NCBI GenBank assembly: GCA_030672365.1 | Contig: DAOVGM010000022.1 | Location: 1 to 53,787 of the forward strand | Origin: Methanomassiliicoccales archaeon | Lineage (GTDB): Archaea; Thermoplasmatota; Thermoplasmata; SG8-5; JAGLSY01 | Direction: 5' to 3' | Length of the DNA: 53,787 nucleotides | In this document: positions 40,768-49,892 of the stretch, piece by piece | Position numbering within the stretch: position 1 is the stretch's first letter | Layout of the letters: each line of letters starts with the position of its first letter | The notes under the pieces: model-generated | What the model was told of the DNA's origin: nothing | The model's database searches: none | What the model saw: the letters and a program-made list of their open reading frames with translations, nothing else | Program-made: the position numbers and the translations under genes

Positions 40768-43700
40768 ATGAGAAGAGGATTTACCATTGCACTCGTATTG
40801 TCTTTGATTGTTTCCGGATTCGGAGTCATAGGTCTGGCCATAACCGGCTCGGCCAGCAATGATAACTCTGAGGTCATGGCGCCTGTCGCTCCACACGCGC
40901 CGATAAGGATTGATGGGGATGCGGATTTCTTAACCGTTGACGGTGTGACAAATAATGCTACTGGCAATGGTACAGTTTGGAATCCTTGGATAATTGAGAA
41001 CTGGGACATCAATGGAACTGGGGTTGGTTATTGTATTTATGTCGGGAATACGACAGATTATTTTGTTGTGAGGAATTGTAGTTTGCAAAATGCCAGCGGT
41101 GTTGAAAGTTTTCCTTATTACAGAAATGCTGGATTGCATTTATACAATAGTACAAATGGATTAATTAGAGATAATAATGTTTCATTCAACGGTATTTGCC
41201 TATATGTCCAGCAATCTTCCAATAATTCAATTATTAATAATACAGCTATTTCCTTCAAGCAACCCCTGAATAGGGGTGTCTTTCTCTATGGGAGCGAAAA
41301 TATTAGTGTAAAAAACAATAAAATATCAAAACAAGATGAATGCATTTCAATTTTTGGAAACTTTAATAATATCACAAACAACACCGTATTTGATGCGGCC
41401 TTTGGATTTAAACTTGAAGAATCCAATAACAATTCTATTATTAATAACAGTATCTCTGAATGTGAACTGGTGGGTGTTTGGTGTGGTGGACTTATCGATG
41501 GTTCTAACAACAACACCATAATTCATAATTACTTCATTGACAATGGCAACAACGCCATGGATTTCGGTAATAATTTCTGGGACAGTGGCTATCCCTCCGG
41601 GGGCAACTACTGGGCGGATTATACTTGGGTTGATCTCTTTCACGGCCCGGACCAGAACCTCACTGGCTCTGATGGAATCGGCGATACAAATTACACATTT
41701 GCCACAGGTGTTGACAATTATCCTTTGTTGTTTGAAACAGATTCTCCATTCGCCCTCGACCAATCCCCGAATGGGACGGGGATTTCGATTGCAACAAGTA
41801 TTACAATTTCCTGGAATGAAACAATGAACTGGACATCCGTTGAAAATGCGTTCAATTTTACAGATAATATAACTGTTTGGAGTTCTGCAGATGGGGCTTG
41901 GATGTATAATTCAACCACTAATGTTTCTACCTTCAATCCAAATTCGGACTTGGCCTATAATACAACCTACTGGGTGAATGTTAATATTACTGCAACAGAC
42001 GTTGCTGGTAATGCATTGGATCAAGACAAAAACGGAACTGGTGGATATTGGCCAGTGGATGTCTTATCATGGAGTTTCACGACCATGTTGGAACCGGAAT
42101 CCATACAGCCATTCATCAATTTCACATCACCCAACGGCACCTACGAGCCCCTCGGCGTCAACTTCACAATCGAATGGAACGAGACGATGAACTGGGCGTC
42201 TGTCAACGCCTCGTTCAATTATACCGATAATGTTACTGTCTGGACATCTGCAAACGGGACATGGACTCACAACTCCACATCCAACGTTTCTGTATTCGAC
42301 CCGGCAGCCCTTTTAGATTACGGGATGACATACTGGCTCACCGTAAACACGACCGCTACCGACGTCGCCGGCAATCCTCTCGCCGCCAACTTCACCTGGA
42401 ATTTCACCACAGAGCTGGCCCCGCCGATAGTGATGCTCACCAGTCCGGCTGATGCCGTTGTCGAAGTCAACCCTTACAACAACATCACTATCGTGTTCAG
42501 CAACGAGATGAACACGACGAGCGTCGAGGCCGCGTTTTCATACACGAACGGAACTGCCAGCTACAATCAGACCAACGGCACGTTCACTTGGACTGCCGGG
42601 AACAAGACGGCGTCCTTCGACCCGACAGACGATTTGGAGTTGAACATGACCTACAATTGCAGTCTGAATGGCTCGCTGGCTGCCGATATTTACGGAAAAC
42701 TCCTAGACGGAAATAAGGATACAGTCGGAGGGGACAATTACACGTGGAATTTCACTACCTGGCCTCACACTCCCCCGCCCGAGGTCAACGCCACCTATCC
42801 GTTCAACGGTGCAATTAATATCAATGTCAACACGTACATCATGCTGGCGTTCGACTGGCCGATGAATAATGCCATTACCGAGAGCGCGTTCAGCATGACA
42901 GATGGAAGCACCGTTATCGATGCAAACGACGGCGACTTCACTTGGTCGATGGGCAACAAGCTGATGACCTTCCAGCCGGACGTTTATTTGCTCTACAATA
43001 CGACCTACACGGTGCGGCTCCTCGGAACTGCGGAGTCCGTTTCACCGTACGAGGCCTCGCTTGACGGCGACTCCGATGGTGTGGCGGAGGGGAGCCCCGC
43101 AGACGATTTCGTCTTCAACTTCACGACGTCTCTGGTCCCGCCCACTATCCTGTTGACCGAGCCGGAAAACGGTGCCGTGAACGTCGAAACAACTCTGAGC
43201 CAGATAACCTTCGAGTTCAGCGCGGAGATGGATAATGTCTCGGTTCAGAATGCTATGTTGTTTACACCCACCCTTCCGCATAATAAAATGTGGTCTATGA
43301 GTAACACGTTGCTAACCTTGACACCAACTGTGAATTTGTCATACAATGTGACGTACATCATATCATTTGATGCGAACATCGCGAAGGACCTGGCCGGTAC
43401 GAAATTGGACGGAAACGGTGACGGTGCCTACGGCGACGATTTCCAGCTATGGTTCACGACGGAGATGGCGCCGGACACCTCCATTCCGACGATCGTGAGC
43501 GTGTTTCCGCCAGCCAACAGGACCGACGTTCCAGTTCACACTTACATCAGGGTTACTTTTAGCGAACCGATGGACAATGCCAGTATGCTACAGGCTTTCA
43601 CACTTAGAAATGATACCAGCACAATTCTGGGAAATCTCTCTTGGAATGAGGATTATACCCGTTTTATATTCCATCCGGCTCAAAATCTTTCGGCTAATAC

Positions 43701-44196
43701 CACATACGCTGTAATAGTCAACGGCTCGGTTTCGGACCTGGACGGTAATCCCTTGGGTCAGGACTATTCCTGGTCCTTTACGACTGAAAATGTTGTACCC
43801 GGGGAGAGCTGGCCTATACTCTATTATCTATTCGTTACTTTGGTTATAATTCTCCTGGCCCTCGTTCTGATATTATCCAGCGCCAACAAGCATTTGAGAA
43901 AGGAATTGCGGCGAGCCAGAGTTAAATCCAAGAAGATGAGAACGGCTATGAAGGAGGCGGGTGTCGAAATGCCGAAGAAAAAAAGTATAGAAAAGCCGCC
44001 ACCCGAATCTGCCGAAGTGAGTGAAGTGGAAGAATCGAAGGGGCTTTACGATACGGGTGAACCTCCTATGGAACAACCAGCAGAGTCTCCTGAATCTGCA
44101 GCAGAGCCGCCTGCCGAAACACCGGAATCTACAGAGCCAGATATTTCTACTGAAGTCGAGGAAACCCCGGATATTACAGAAGAAAAACCAGAATAA
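40768..44196 (+). CDS. Large cell-surface glycoprotein: signal/TM, right-handed beta-helix (NosD/pectin-lyase-like) region, multiple Ig-like (SbsA/Big_5-like) domains, C-terminal TM and acidic tail
   Basis: 1142 aa. N-terminal hydrophobic ALVLSLIVSGFGVIGLAI, parallel-beta-helix repeats (NNSIINN..., NNITNN...), and repeated ~100-aa modules ending in ...W.FTT. Very many N-x-S/T sequons. C-terminal TM ILYYLFVTLVIILLALVLIL, then a K/R and E-rich tail. Confidence 0.8.
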   Translation: MRRGFTIALVLSLIVSGFGVIGLAITGSASNDNSEVMAPVAPHAPIRIDGDADFLTVDGVTNNATGNGTVWNPWIIENWDINGTGVGYCIYVGNTTDYFVVRNCSLQNASGVESFPYYRNAGLHLYNSTNGLIRDNNVSFNGICLYVQQSSNNSIINNTAISFKQPLNRGVFLYGSENISVKNNKISKQDECISIFGNFNNITNNTVFDAAFGFKLEESNNNSIINNSISECELVGVWCGGLIDGSNNNTIIHNYFIDNGNNAMDFGNNFWDSGYPSGGNYWADYTWVDLFHGPDQNLTGSDGIGDTNYTFATGVDNYPLLFETDSPFALDQSPNGTGISIATSITISWNETMNWTSVENAFNFTDNITVWSSADGAWMYNSTTNVSTFNPNSDLAYNTTYWVNVNITATDVAGNALDQDKNGTGGYWPVDVLSWSFTTMLEPESIQPFINFTSPNGTYEPLGVNFTIEWNETMNWASVNASFNYTDNVTVWTSANGTWTHNSTSNVSVFDPAALLDYGMTYWLTVNTTATDVAGNPLAANFTWNFTTELAPPIVMLTSPADAVVEVNPYNNITIVFSNEMNTTSVEAAFSYTNGTASYNQTNGTFTWTAGNKTASFDPTDDLELNMTYNCSLNGSLAADIYGKLLDGNKDTVGGDNYTWNFTTWPHTPPPEVNATYPFNGAININVNTYIMLAFDWPMNNAITESAFSMTDGSTVIDANDGDFTWSMGNKLMTFQPDVYLLYNTTYTVRLLGTAESVSPYEASLDGDSDGVAEGSPADDFVFNFTTSLVPPTILLTEPENGAVNVETTLSQITFEFSAEMDNVSVQNAMLFTPTLPHNKMWSMSNTLLTLTPTVNLSYNVTYIISFDANIAKDLAGTKLDGNGDGAYGDDFQLWFTTEMAPDTSIPTIVSVFPPANRTDVPVHTYIRVTFSEPMDNASMLQAFTLRNDTSTILGNLSWNEDYTRFIFHPAQNLSANTTYAVIVNGSVSDLDGNPLGQDYSWSFTTENVVPGESWPILYYLFVTLVIILLALVLILSSANKHLRKELRRARVKSKKMRTAMKEAGVEMPKKKSIEKPPPESAEVSEVEESKGLYDTGEPPMEQPAESPESAAEPPAETPESTEPDISTEVEETPDITEEKPE

Positions 44197-44574
44197 AAAG
44201 GGTTGTCCCTCGGCCGTAACAGGTAGCATCATCGTAAGCTCGGCTCTCTCCGCGCCCTGACCCTGGCCGAGGGAATGTTGGACGTCCGGGTTGTCTTCCT
44301 CTCATCCAGAGGTGTCACACCTTAGTCAAGGAGGGACCCATAAAGACGTCCAGCTCCCGCCTGCACCCCGTATCATCGTATCAACGGGGCCTTCTGAGCA
44401 GAAGCATCCTCCAATTGTGCCTCATAGGTCATATAATTTTCGATTGGATTTATCATGCTGACTTACGCATGATTTTTAGAAAAGTATTTATATAATTACT
44501 TCATGTTGCTTTATAATCTATCTCTGTAAATAAAAAATGGGATGTCGGAAGGGATATTGATTGGAGAGATAAAT

Positions 44575-45180
44575 ATGACAGATGATAACGTTAAAGAAGT
44601 TAGGATGTGCTTCGCCGAACCCGCTGCTTTGGGTCTGCTTGGCCTTGCCATTGTTACACTCGTAGCATCATCTCAAAAGCTCGGCTGGACAGAGGGCATT
44701 GACGGCATGCTTCCGTGGGTTTTCTTCTTCGGTGCATTTGCCCAGATAATCGCCTCGTTAACCGAGTTCAAGAGGAACAACGCATTTGGAGCGACGGCAT
44801 TCGCAGCATACGGTCTGTTCTGGTTCGCAATTGGTATGACCTGGTACTTGGGCTATCAAAATGATGCTGCGTATCTGAAACAGCTCGGCTTCGCAATTAT
44901 CGGTATGTTGATATTCAACACCTACATGTTATACGGTGCCGGAGCCATGAACAAGGGCATGTTCTTCGTGTTCTTCTTCATCGAACTGCTTTTCATCGGA
45001 ATGATACTGAACATATTCATGGATTTCACTCCGATATTCGCGGGCATTGCCGAACTGGGTGTTGCGATTTCAGCATTCTACACCTCCGCGGCAGTGGTTC
45101 TCGAAGCGACTGCGGGTTTCCCGGTCTTGCCATATGGTAAGCCCCTCTGGAAGCTTAATAAAGTCGAAATAAAATTGTAG
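44575..45180 (+). CDS. Acetate/succinate uptake transporter family (GPR1/FUN34/YaaH, SatP-like)
   Basis: FAEPAALGLLGLA (NPAPLG-type motif region), FGATAFAAYGLFWFAIG, and 6 TM segments. Start set at the MTDDNV ATG (44575); the ORF opens at 44542. Confidence 0.8.
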   Translation: MTDDNVKEVRMCFAEPAALGLLGLAIVTLVASSQKLGWTEGIDGMLPWVFFFGAFAQIIASLTEFKRNNAFGATAFAAYGLFWFAIGMTWYLGYQNDAAYLKQLGFAIIGMLIFNTYMLYGAGAMNKGMFFVFFFIELLFIGMILNIFMDFTPIFAGIAELGVAISAFYTSAAVVLEATAGFPVLPYGKPLWKLNKVEIKL

Positions 45181-45184
45181 GTCG

Positions 45185-45490
45185 TCTTCGGCCTACTCTC
45201 TTTTCATTTTTCTGTGGCTAGCGAAGCTTGCCGCATTTTTTATGATTGACGATAGTTCAATCATGAGACGATGATAGCCAAGCGCATGTCATTTCAATGA
45301 CAAGCGAGGCTTTCCGTCCTTTTTCGGATGGATAGCATCGCTTTCCATCCGTTTTGTGGCAGAATTTTCATCTGCCACGAGATGACCGACGCCAGTTCGG
45401 TCATGAGGCAATTGGCTAGCGAAGCTTGCCGTTCTTTTTGTGGCTGACGACAGTTCAGCCACGAGGCATTTGGATTGCGAAGCTTTAGCT
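45185..45490. repeat. Family-B hairpin array (B6), at least 6 consecutive short hairpins
   Basis: Hairpins ATGATTGACGATAGTTCAATCAT, ATGTCATTTCAATGACA, GGATGGATAGCATCGCTTTCCATCC, GTGGCAGAATTTTCATCTGCCAC, ATGACCGACGCCAGTTCGGTCAT and GTGGCTGACGACAGTTCAGCCAC, most followed by GAG. GCTAGCGAAGCTTGCCG occurs twice. Confidence 0.6.
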
Positions 45491-45545
45491 ATCGTAATGT
45501 TAATCTACGGTAATTCCATTCCCGCTTCAAATCACAGGTGATGGA

Positions 45546-47183
45546 ATGCAGAACGATCTTGACTACGACAAGGAATTCGATGACTGGACATGGGACATCC
45601 CGGAACGGTTCAACATGGGCTACGATTGCGTCGACAAGCATGTAGCAGATGGCAAGGGAGACAAACTGGCCCTCATCTGGGAGAACGATGAGGGAAAAAC
45701 CGAGCAATACACATTCAACCGGATAAAGGAGTTGAGCGACAAGTTCGGAAATGTTCTGCGCTCGCTGGGCCTGGGCAAGGGCGATAGATTTCTCATTCGC
45801 CTGCCGAACATCCCGCAGTTCCAGATTGCCTTTATCGGTGGCTGCAAGATCGGGGCTGTGCCGATACCATCGTCGTGCATGTTCAAGCCCCACGAGGTAG
45901 AATATAGGCTTGTCGATTCAAACTCAAAGCTGGCAATATCTGTTCCCGAATATGTGTCTGCAATAGACGATGTACGAGATAATTGTCCAGACCTGAAAAA
46001 CACGATTGTGGTGGGAGATGCTGAAGCCAATCACTTGTCCTTTGATGACCTGATGACCGTTGCCAGTGCTGAGCTTGTACTAGAAAATACAAAGGCAGAG
46101 GATATTGCCTTTTTCTGCTACACATCTGGCACAACCGGACCTCCAAAGGGCGCTGTCCATCTTCATCAGTGGACTATCGGCTATGACCCGAATGTTATTT
46201 ACTGGCACAATTGCCGGGAGGATGAGATACTGGCACATACCGGCGATTTGAATTGGATATTTCCGCTGGGCAATGGGTTTTTATACGCCTGGCGACATGG
46301 AATGACGACGTTCGTCTACAATGGCCGGTTCAAACCGGAGAAGTGGTTCGAACTCATTGAAAAACACAAAATAAACAATCTGGCCTCGGTGCCGACCTGT
46401 TACAGGATGTTCCTTCAAGTAGAGAATTTTGAAAAGAGGTGGGACCTGTCGTCACTTCGACATTGTGTCTCTGCCGGTGAGCCATTAAATCCCGAGGTAG
46501 TGGTTGAGTGGAAAAAATTAACCGGACTCGACATCCTGGATGGCATCGGAATGACCGAATGCATGGTTTATCTCTCCAACCTTAAGGGAATGGTCATTAA
46601 ACCTGGTTCCTGTGGAAAACCGCAACCGGGCCACGTCTGCGCCATCGTCGACGAGAACGGTAAGACACTGGGCTCCAGACAGGAAGGGACGCTCGGTATT
46701 AAAATCGGTGACCCAGCCCTTTTCAAGGAATATTGGAACAAACCTGAAAAAACCGCCGAGGTGTTCAAAAACGGCTGGTTCCTCACTGGGGATACACTGT
46801 ACACTGACGAGGACGGATACTACTGGTTCGCGGGGCGGGGCGACGACCTCATCATGACTGCTGGCTATCGCGTATCCCCCTTTGACGTGGAATCGTCTGT
46901 GAACATGCACCCGGCGGTACTTGAATCCGCCGCCGTTGCCTCCCCCGATGAAATTCGCGGGGTCATAGTCAAGTCATTTGTCATCCTGAACCCCGGGTAT
47001 GAGCCGAAGGAATCGCTCGTTTGGGAAATCCAGGCTCATTGTAAGAAGACCATTGCCGCATACGAATATCCGAGGGTCATTGAATTCGTGGACAGCCTCC
47101 CGAAAACCCAGAGCGGCAAGACGATGCGCAAGGTTCTGAGAGAGGCGGAGATTGATAAATTCAAAACTCAGAAAAATGGTTGA
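45546..47183 (+). CDS. AMP-forming acyl-CoA synthetase (acetyl/medium-chain acyl-CoA synthetase family)
   Basis: 545 aa. YTSGTTGPPKGAV, TGD..Y.DEDGYYWF.GR.DD, and PKTQSGK motifs. Confidence 0.88.
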   Translation: MQNDLDYDKEFDDWTWDIPERFNMGYDCVDKHVADGKGDKLALIWENDEGKTEQYTFNRIKELSDKFGNVLRSLGLGKGDRFLIRLPNIPQFQIAFIGGCKIGAVPIPSSCMFKPHEVEYRLVDSNSKLAISVPEYVSAIDDVRDNCPDLKNTIVVGDAEANHLSFDDLMTVASAELVLENTKAEDIAFFCYTSGTTGPPKGAVHLHQWTIGYDPNVIYWHNCREDEILAHTGDLNWIFPLGNGFLYAWRHGMTTFVYNGRFKPEKWFELIEKHKINNLASVPTCYRMFLQVENFEKRWDLSSLRHCVSAGEPLNPEVVVEWKKLTGLDILDGIGMTECMVYLSNLKGMVIKPGSCGKPQPGHVCAIVDENGKTLGSRQEGTLGIKIGDPALFKEYWNKPEKTAEVFKNGWFLTGDTLYTDEDGYYWFAGRGDDLIMTAGYRVSPFDVESSVNMHPAVLESAAVASPDEIRGVIVKSFVILNPGYEPKESLVWEIQAHCKKTIAAYEYPRVIEFVDSLPKTQSGKTMRKVLREAEIDKFKTQKNG

Positions 47184-47232
47184 AAACCCCGCGAACGAGC
47201 GCGGGGTTCTCGTTAAAATTTGGTGGTCTGGC

Positions 47233-48156
47233 TTATTGCAGACCACCGTCGTTCAGAATCGACAGGAGTTCTGGTCCGAACTCTGTGGCTTTCACGTCGC
47301 CGATTCCGTAGACGTTTTGGAGGTCTTCGATCGATTCGGGATTTTTAATGGCCAGCTCCTTGATGGTCCTGTTCTGGAGGATGAGGTAGATAGGCCTGCC
47401 CTCGATTTCCGCCCTTGACTTGCGCCAGTTCTTGAGTTTTTCAACTTTTACGTTGAAGTCCTCGCCGTCGTAGACAGTGTTGACCGAGGACAGTGGCAGT
47501 TCGTCACCGCTGCCTGCGCCCTCGAGAGTTTCCCTTCCTTTTTCGGATATCGTCAAGGTGGGGTAAGTCTCGTCCTCCGCGAACTGAATGTAGCCTTCGT
47601 CGATGAGCCAGTCTATCAGATAGAGCGTCTCTTTCTGAGACACGTCTTTCGCGACGCCGTAGGCCCTCAACTCGTCGATTCCCATCGTCAAAACGCATTT
47701 TGACATTGAGCCGGTCAGTAATCTGGCTATTCGCACGCGCCCGTACTTGCCCTCGAGGTCTGAAACGCATCTCAATATCGTGAGCGCGAGGCTGTCGAAT
47801 TCCTGACTGGCAGGCACGCCGCAGAGGCTGTAGACCTCCTCGAACATCAACGAGAGGTGCTGGCCGTCGTCTGTCGTCGCGATGAGCTCGATTTCCGCAT
47901 CGAGCACGTTTCTGGCCAGGGAGATCTCCGCTCCCTCACCTATGTAGCAGATGGGGCGTATTCCCTCGCTGAGGTTCTGCACGACCAGGCTGCCGTTCGG
48001 GCGCACCATGGCCAGTACCTTTGACGAGAATTCTTTCGAGACTTCTCCGTTGTGGTATGTACCCAGGCAGTTGCCTATGACCACTATGGTCTGAAGGTTC
48101 GTGGTTTCGTTCGTTTTGCTGTCGTTTGTTTCTATTTCGTGATTCATTTTTATCAC
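47233..48156 (-). CDS. Helicase-less RQC-like winged helix + HRDC protein with a beta-rich N-terminal domain
   Basis: 307 aa. ILRCVSDLEGKYGRVRIARLLTGS resembles the RecQ RQC winged helix. LKNWRKSRAEIEGRPIYLILQNRTIKELA...LQNVYGIGDVKATEFGPELL is an HRDC pattern. The N-terminal ~110 aa (VVIGNCLGTYHNGE...VRPNGSLVVQN) loosely resembles the NucS N-terminal barrel. Confidence 0.65.
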   Translation of the reverse strand: MIKMNHEIETNDSKTNETTNLQTIVVIGNCLGTYHNGEVSKEFSSKVLAMVRPNGSLVVQNLSEGIRPICYIGEGAEISLARNVLDAEIELIATTDDGQHLSLMFEEVYSLCGVPASQEFDSLALTILRCVSDLEGKYGRVRIARLLTGSMSKCVLTMGIDELRAYGVAKDVSQKETLYLIDWLIDEGYIQFAEDETYPTLTISEKGRETLEGAGSGDELPLSSVNTVYDGEDFNVKVEKLKNWRKSRAEIEGRPIYLILQNRTIKELAIKNPESIEDLQNVYGIGDVKATEFGPELLSILNDGGLQ

Positions 48157-48322
48157 CTTTTTTTTTCACGCTTCGTTTTTTGGAAGCTGAGACAAAAATC
48201 GAGCCCGGAGTATTTAACGAGCTTGAATACAGGTAGGTTACAAGTATACCCGAAAACGGGTCAAAAATGCGAAATCACGAAATAGCCAACGCTCAAAATA
48301 CTGTTAAAATTCGGGGGTCTGA

Positions 48323-49024
48323 CTACTTGCTTCGAACGCGCTCTTTCAGAAGGCGGAGCATGATTTTCGAGCCGTCCTTCAACGCGCTGAGCTTGGCCTG
48401 ATTCGGTCTTTTCATGTAGTTTATCGGAATCTCTCCGACCGTGAAACCGGACTTGATGCATTTCGAGTATAACTCGGCTTCAATGTCGAACGCATCGGCA
48501 TCCAGCTCCAGACAGTCTACGACGTCGTCCCTGAGGCCCCACATACCGGTGCACACGTCGGTTACGGTGTGGCCGTTCGGGAAGAGGAAGTTGGCTGTCA
48601 TGCTGAGTGTCTTGTTTCCTATGAAGTTCAAAGAAGTCATGGCGTCCTTTTTTACGGAGCCGTTCAGTCGCGAGCCGAGAATGACATCGTAGCGCTCGTT
48701 TTCCAGCATCGGAAGCATCTGCAAAATGACGTCTGGCTCGTAAGTGTTATCTGCATCTAGCATGAAAAGATAGTTACCCTCGAAAGACTCGAAGGCGGTC
48801 CTGACAGCATCACCTTTCCCATGACCTTTTTGTTTCACCAGCCGTGCACCCTTTGACTGTGCGATTTCAGCGGTCATGTCATTGCTGTGGCCGTCCACGA
48901 CCATTACCTGGGTGTCATACCCCATTGCCGATATTCGGTCTCTTGGTATCCTGTCGATTACCTGCCCAATGGTTTCTGCCTCGTTAAGAGCTGGTAAAAG
49001 GACACATATTGATTTTCCGTGCAT
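48323..49024 (-). CDS. Family-2 glycosyltransferase (dolichyl-phosphate sugar synthase-like)
   Basis: 233 aa. ICVLLPALNEAETIG, VVDGHSNDMT and a DAD (DxD) motif. Confidence 0.85.
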   Translation of the reverse strand: MHGKSICVLLPALNEAETIGQVIDRIPRDRISAMGYDTQVMVVDGHSNDMTAEIAQSKGARLVKQKGHGKGDAVRTAFESFEGNYLFMLDADNTYEPDVILQMLPMLENERYDVILGSRLNGSVKKDAMTSLNFIGNKTLSMTANFLFPNGHTVTDVCTGMWGLRDDVVDCLELDADAFDIEAELYSKCIKSGFTVGEIPINYMKRPNQAKLSALKDGSKIMLRLLKERVRSK

Positions 49025-49151
49025 TGGTCCATCCCGTTCTACACGAGAATTAACTTAGTATATAAAATTATCTAAAAATCGGCAGGTTTTTTACAAATAA
49101 AAGTAATAGATTATATAAAAATTAAAATATTAATCGCTTATATTGATGCCC

Positions 49152-49228
49152 GTAAACTACCGGGCCTGAACCTGGCAAGTTCAGCATCCTAGTGTGAACG
49201 CCAGGTCCTTTGGGGCCTGGTAGTTTAC
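49152..49228 (-). terminator. Long imperfect hairpin immediately after the aEF-1beta stop, followed by T-rich sequence (possible terminator or 3'-UTR RNA element)
   Basis: GTAAACTACCGGGCC (49152-49166) pairs with GGCCTGGTAGTTTAC (49214-49228). An inner hairpin CTGAAC-CTGGCAA-GTTCAG is present. On the minus strand the element is followed by ATTTTAATTTTTAT. Confidence 0.3.
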
Positions 49229-49494
49229 AGTAATCTCCCCATTTCGGTCATGTCCGCGCTCTGGACACCGGATATTTCCGCAATGCTGGCCTCTATTTTG
49301 TCCAGCATTCCCTCCGCGTCCTCTACCACGACCTTGACGTTCAGTGCCTTCAGGCCGAAGGCGACTGGCATCTCCTCGATGCCCTGCAATTTGCACAAAC
49401 CCGACAATCTGGATTCCAGGCTGCTTTTCAACTCGCCGAGGTCTGTCTCCAGGCCATCTGGCATGACCTTAAAAGTAATCGCTACCTCTCCCAT
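49225..49494 (-). CDS. ef1b: Translation elongation factor aEF-1 beta
   Basis: 89 aa from the MGEVAITFKVMP start. ...VAFGLKALNVKVVVEDAEG... is typical of aEF-1beta. The ORF opens 5 codons earlier. Confidence 0.88.
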   Translation of the reverse strand: MGEVAITFKVMPDGLETDLGELKSSLESRLSGLCKLQGIEEMPVAFGLKALNVKVVVEDAEGMLDKIEASIAEISGVQSADMTEMGRLL

Positions 49495-49519
49495 TTTTTC
49501 ATCCTCCATCTAGTCCCCT

Positions 49520-49684
49520 TCAGGGGCCGGCGAAACCGCATTCGGGGCACTGGTACGCAACGCTCTGATTCCTGCATTTCGGGCATCTTCCAATATTCCC
49601 TTTCCCGCAGCTGGGGCACTTGAACTGCGTGCTTCCCGTTTCCAAGAGCGGGGTTCCGCATGACGTACACACGACTTCGTCCAT
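49520..49684 (-). CDS. Small four-Cys-pair zinc-finger protein (COG2888-type, commonly adjacent to aEF-1beta)
   Basis: 54 aa from MDEVVC. Cysteine pairs CTSC...CPSC...CPKC...CPEC. The upstream 58 ORF codons look non-coding. Confidence 0.75.
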   Translation of the reverse strand: MDEVVCTSCGTPLLETGSTQFKCPSCGKGNIGRCPKCRNQSVAYQCPECGFAGP

Positions 49685-49892
49685 ACATTCACCTAGCGCT
49701 GGGAAGAACTCATCATTGAAATAGGTTTGCGGCCCATTACTTCTTTTTATGGCTTTCTGTGCTGGATGCCCCTCCAAAAAGAAGTATAGGGGTAAACAAG
49801 AAAAACTCGGGGCATCCTGCTCGAAAGCCAGACCGATCGGGTCGATGAAGGATAACAAGAAAAATTCGCAAAGCTTGGCTCTGCCAAGATTA

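Noticed and set aside
45185-45490. Possible CRISPR array
   Set aside because: The hairpin units differ in sequence and length and are not separated by regular unique spacers. There are no cas genes in the window.
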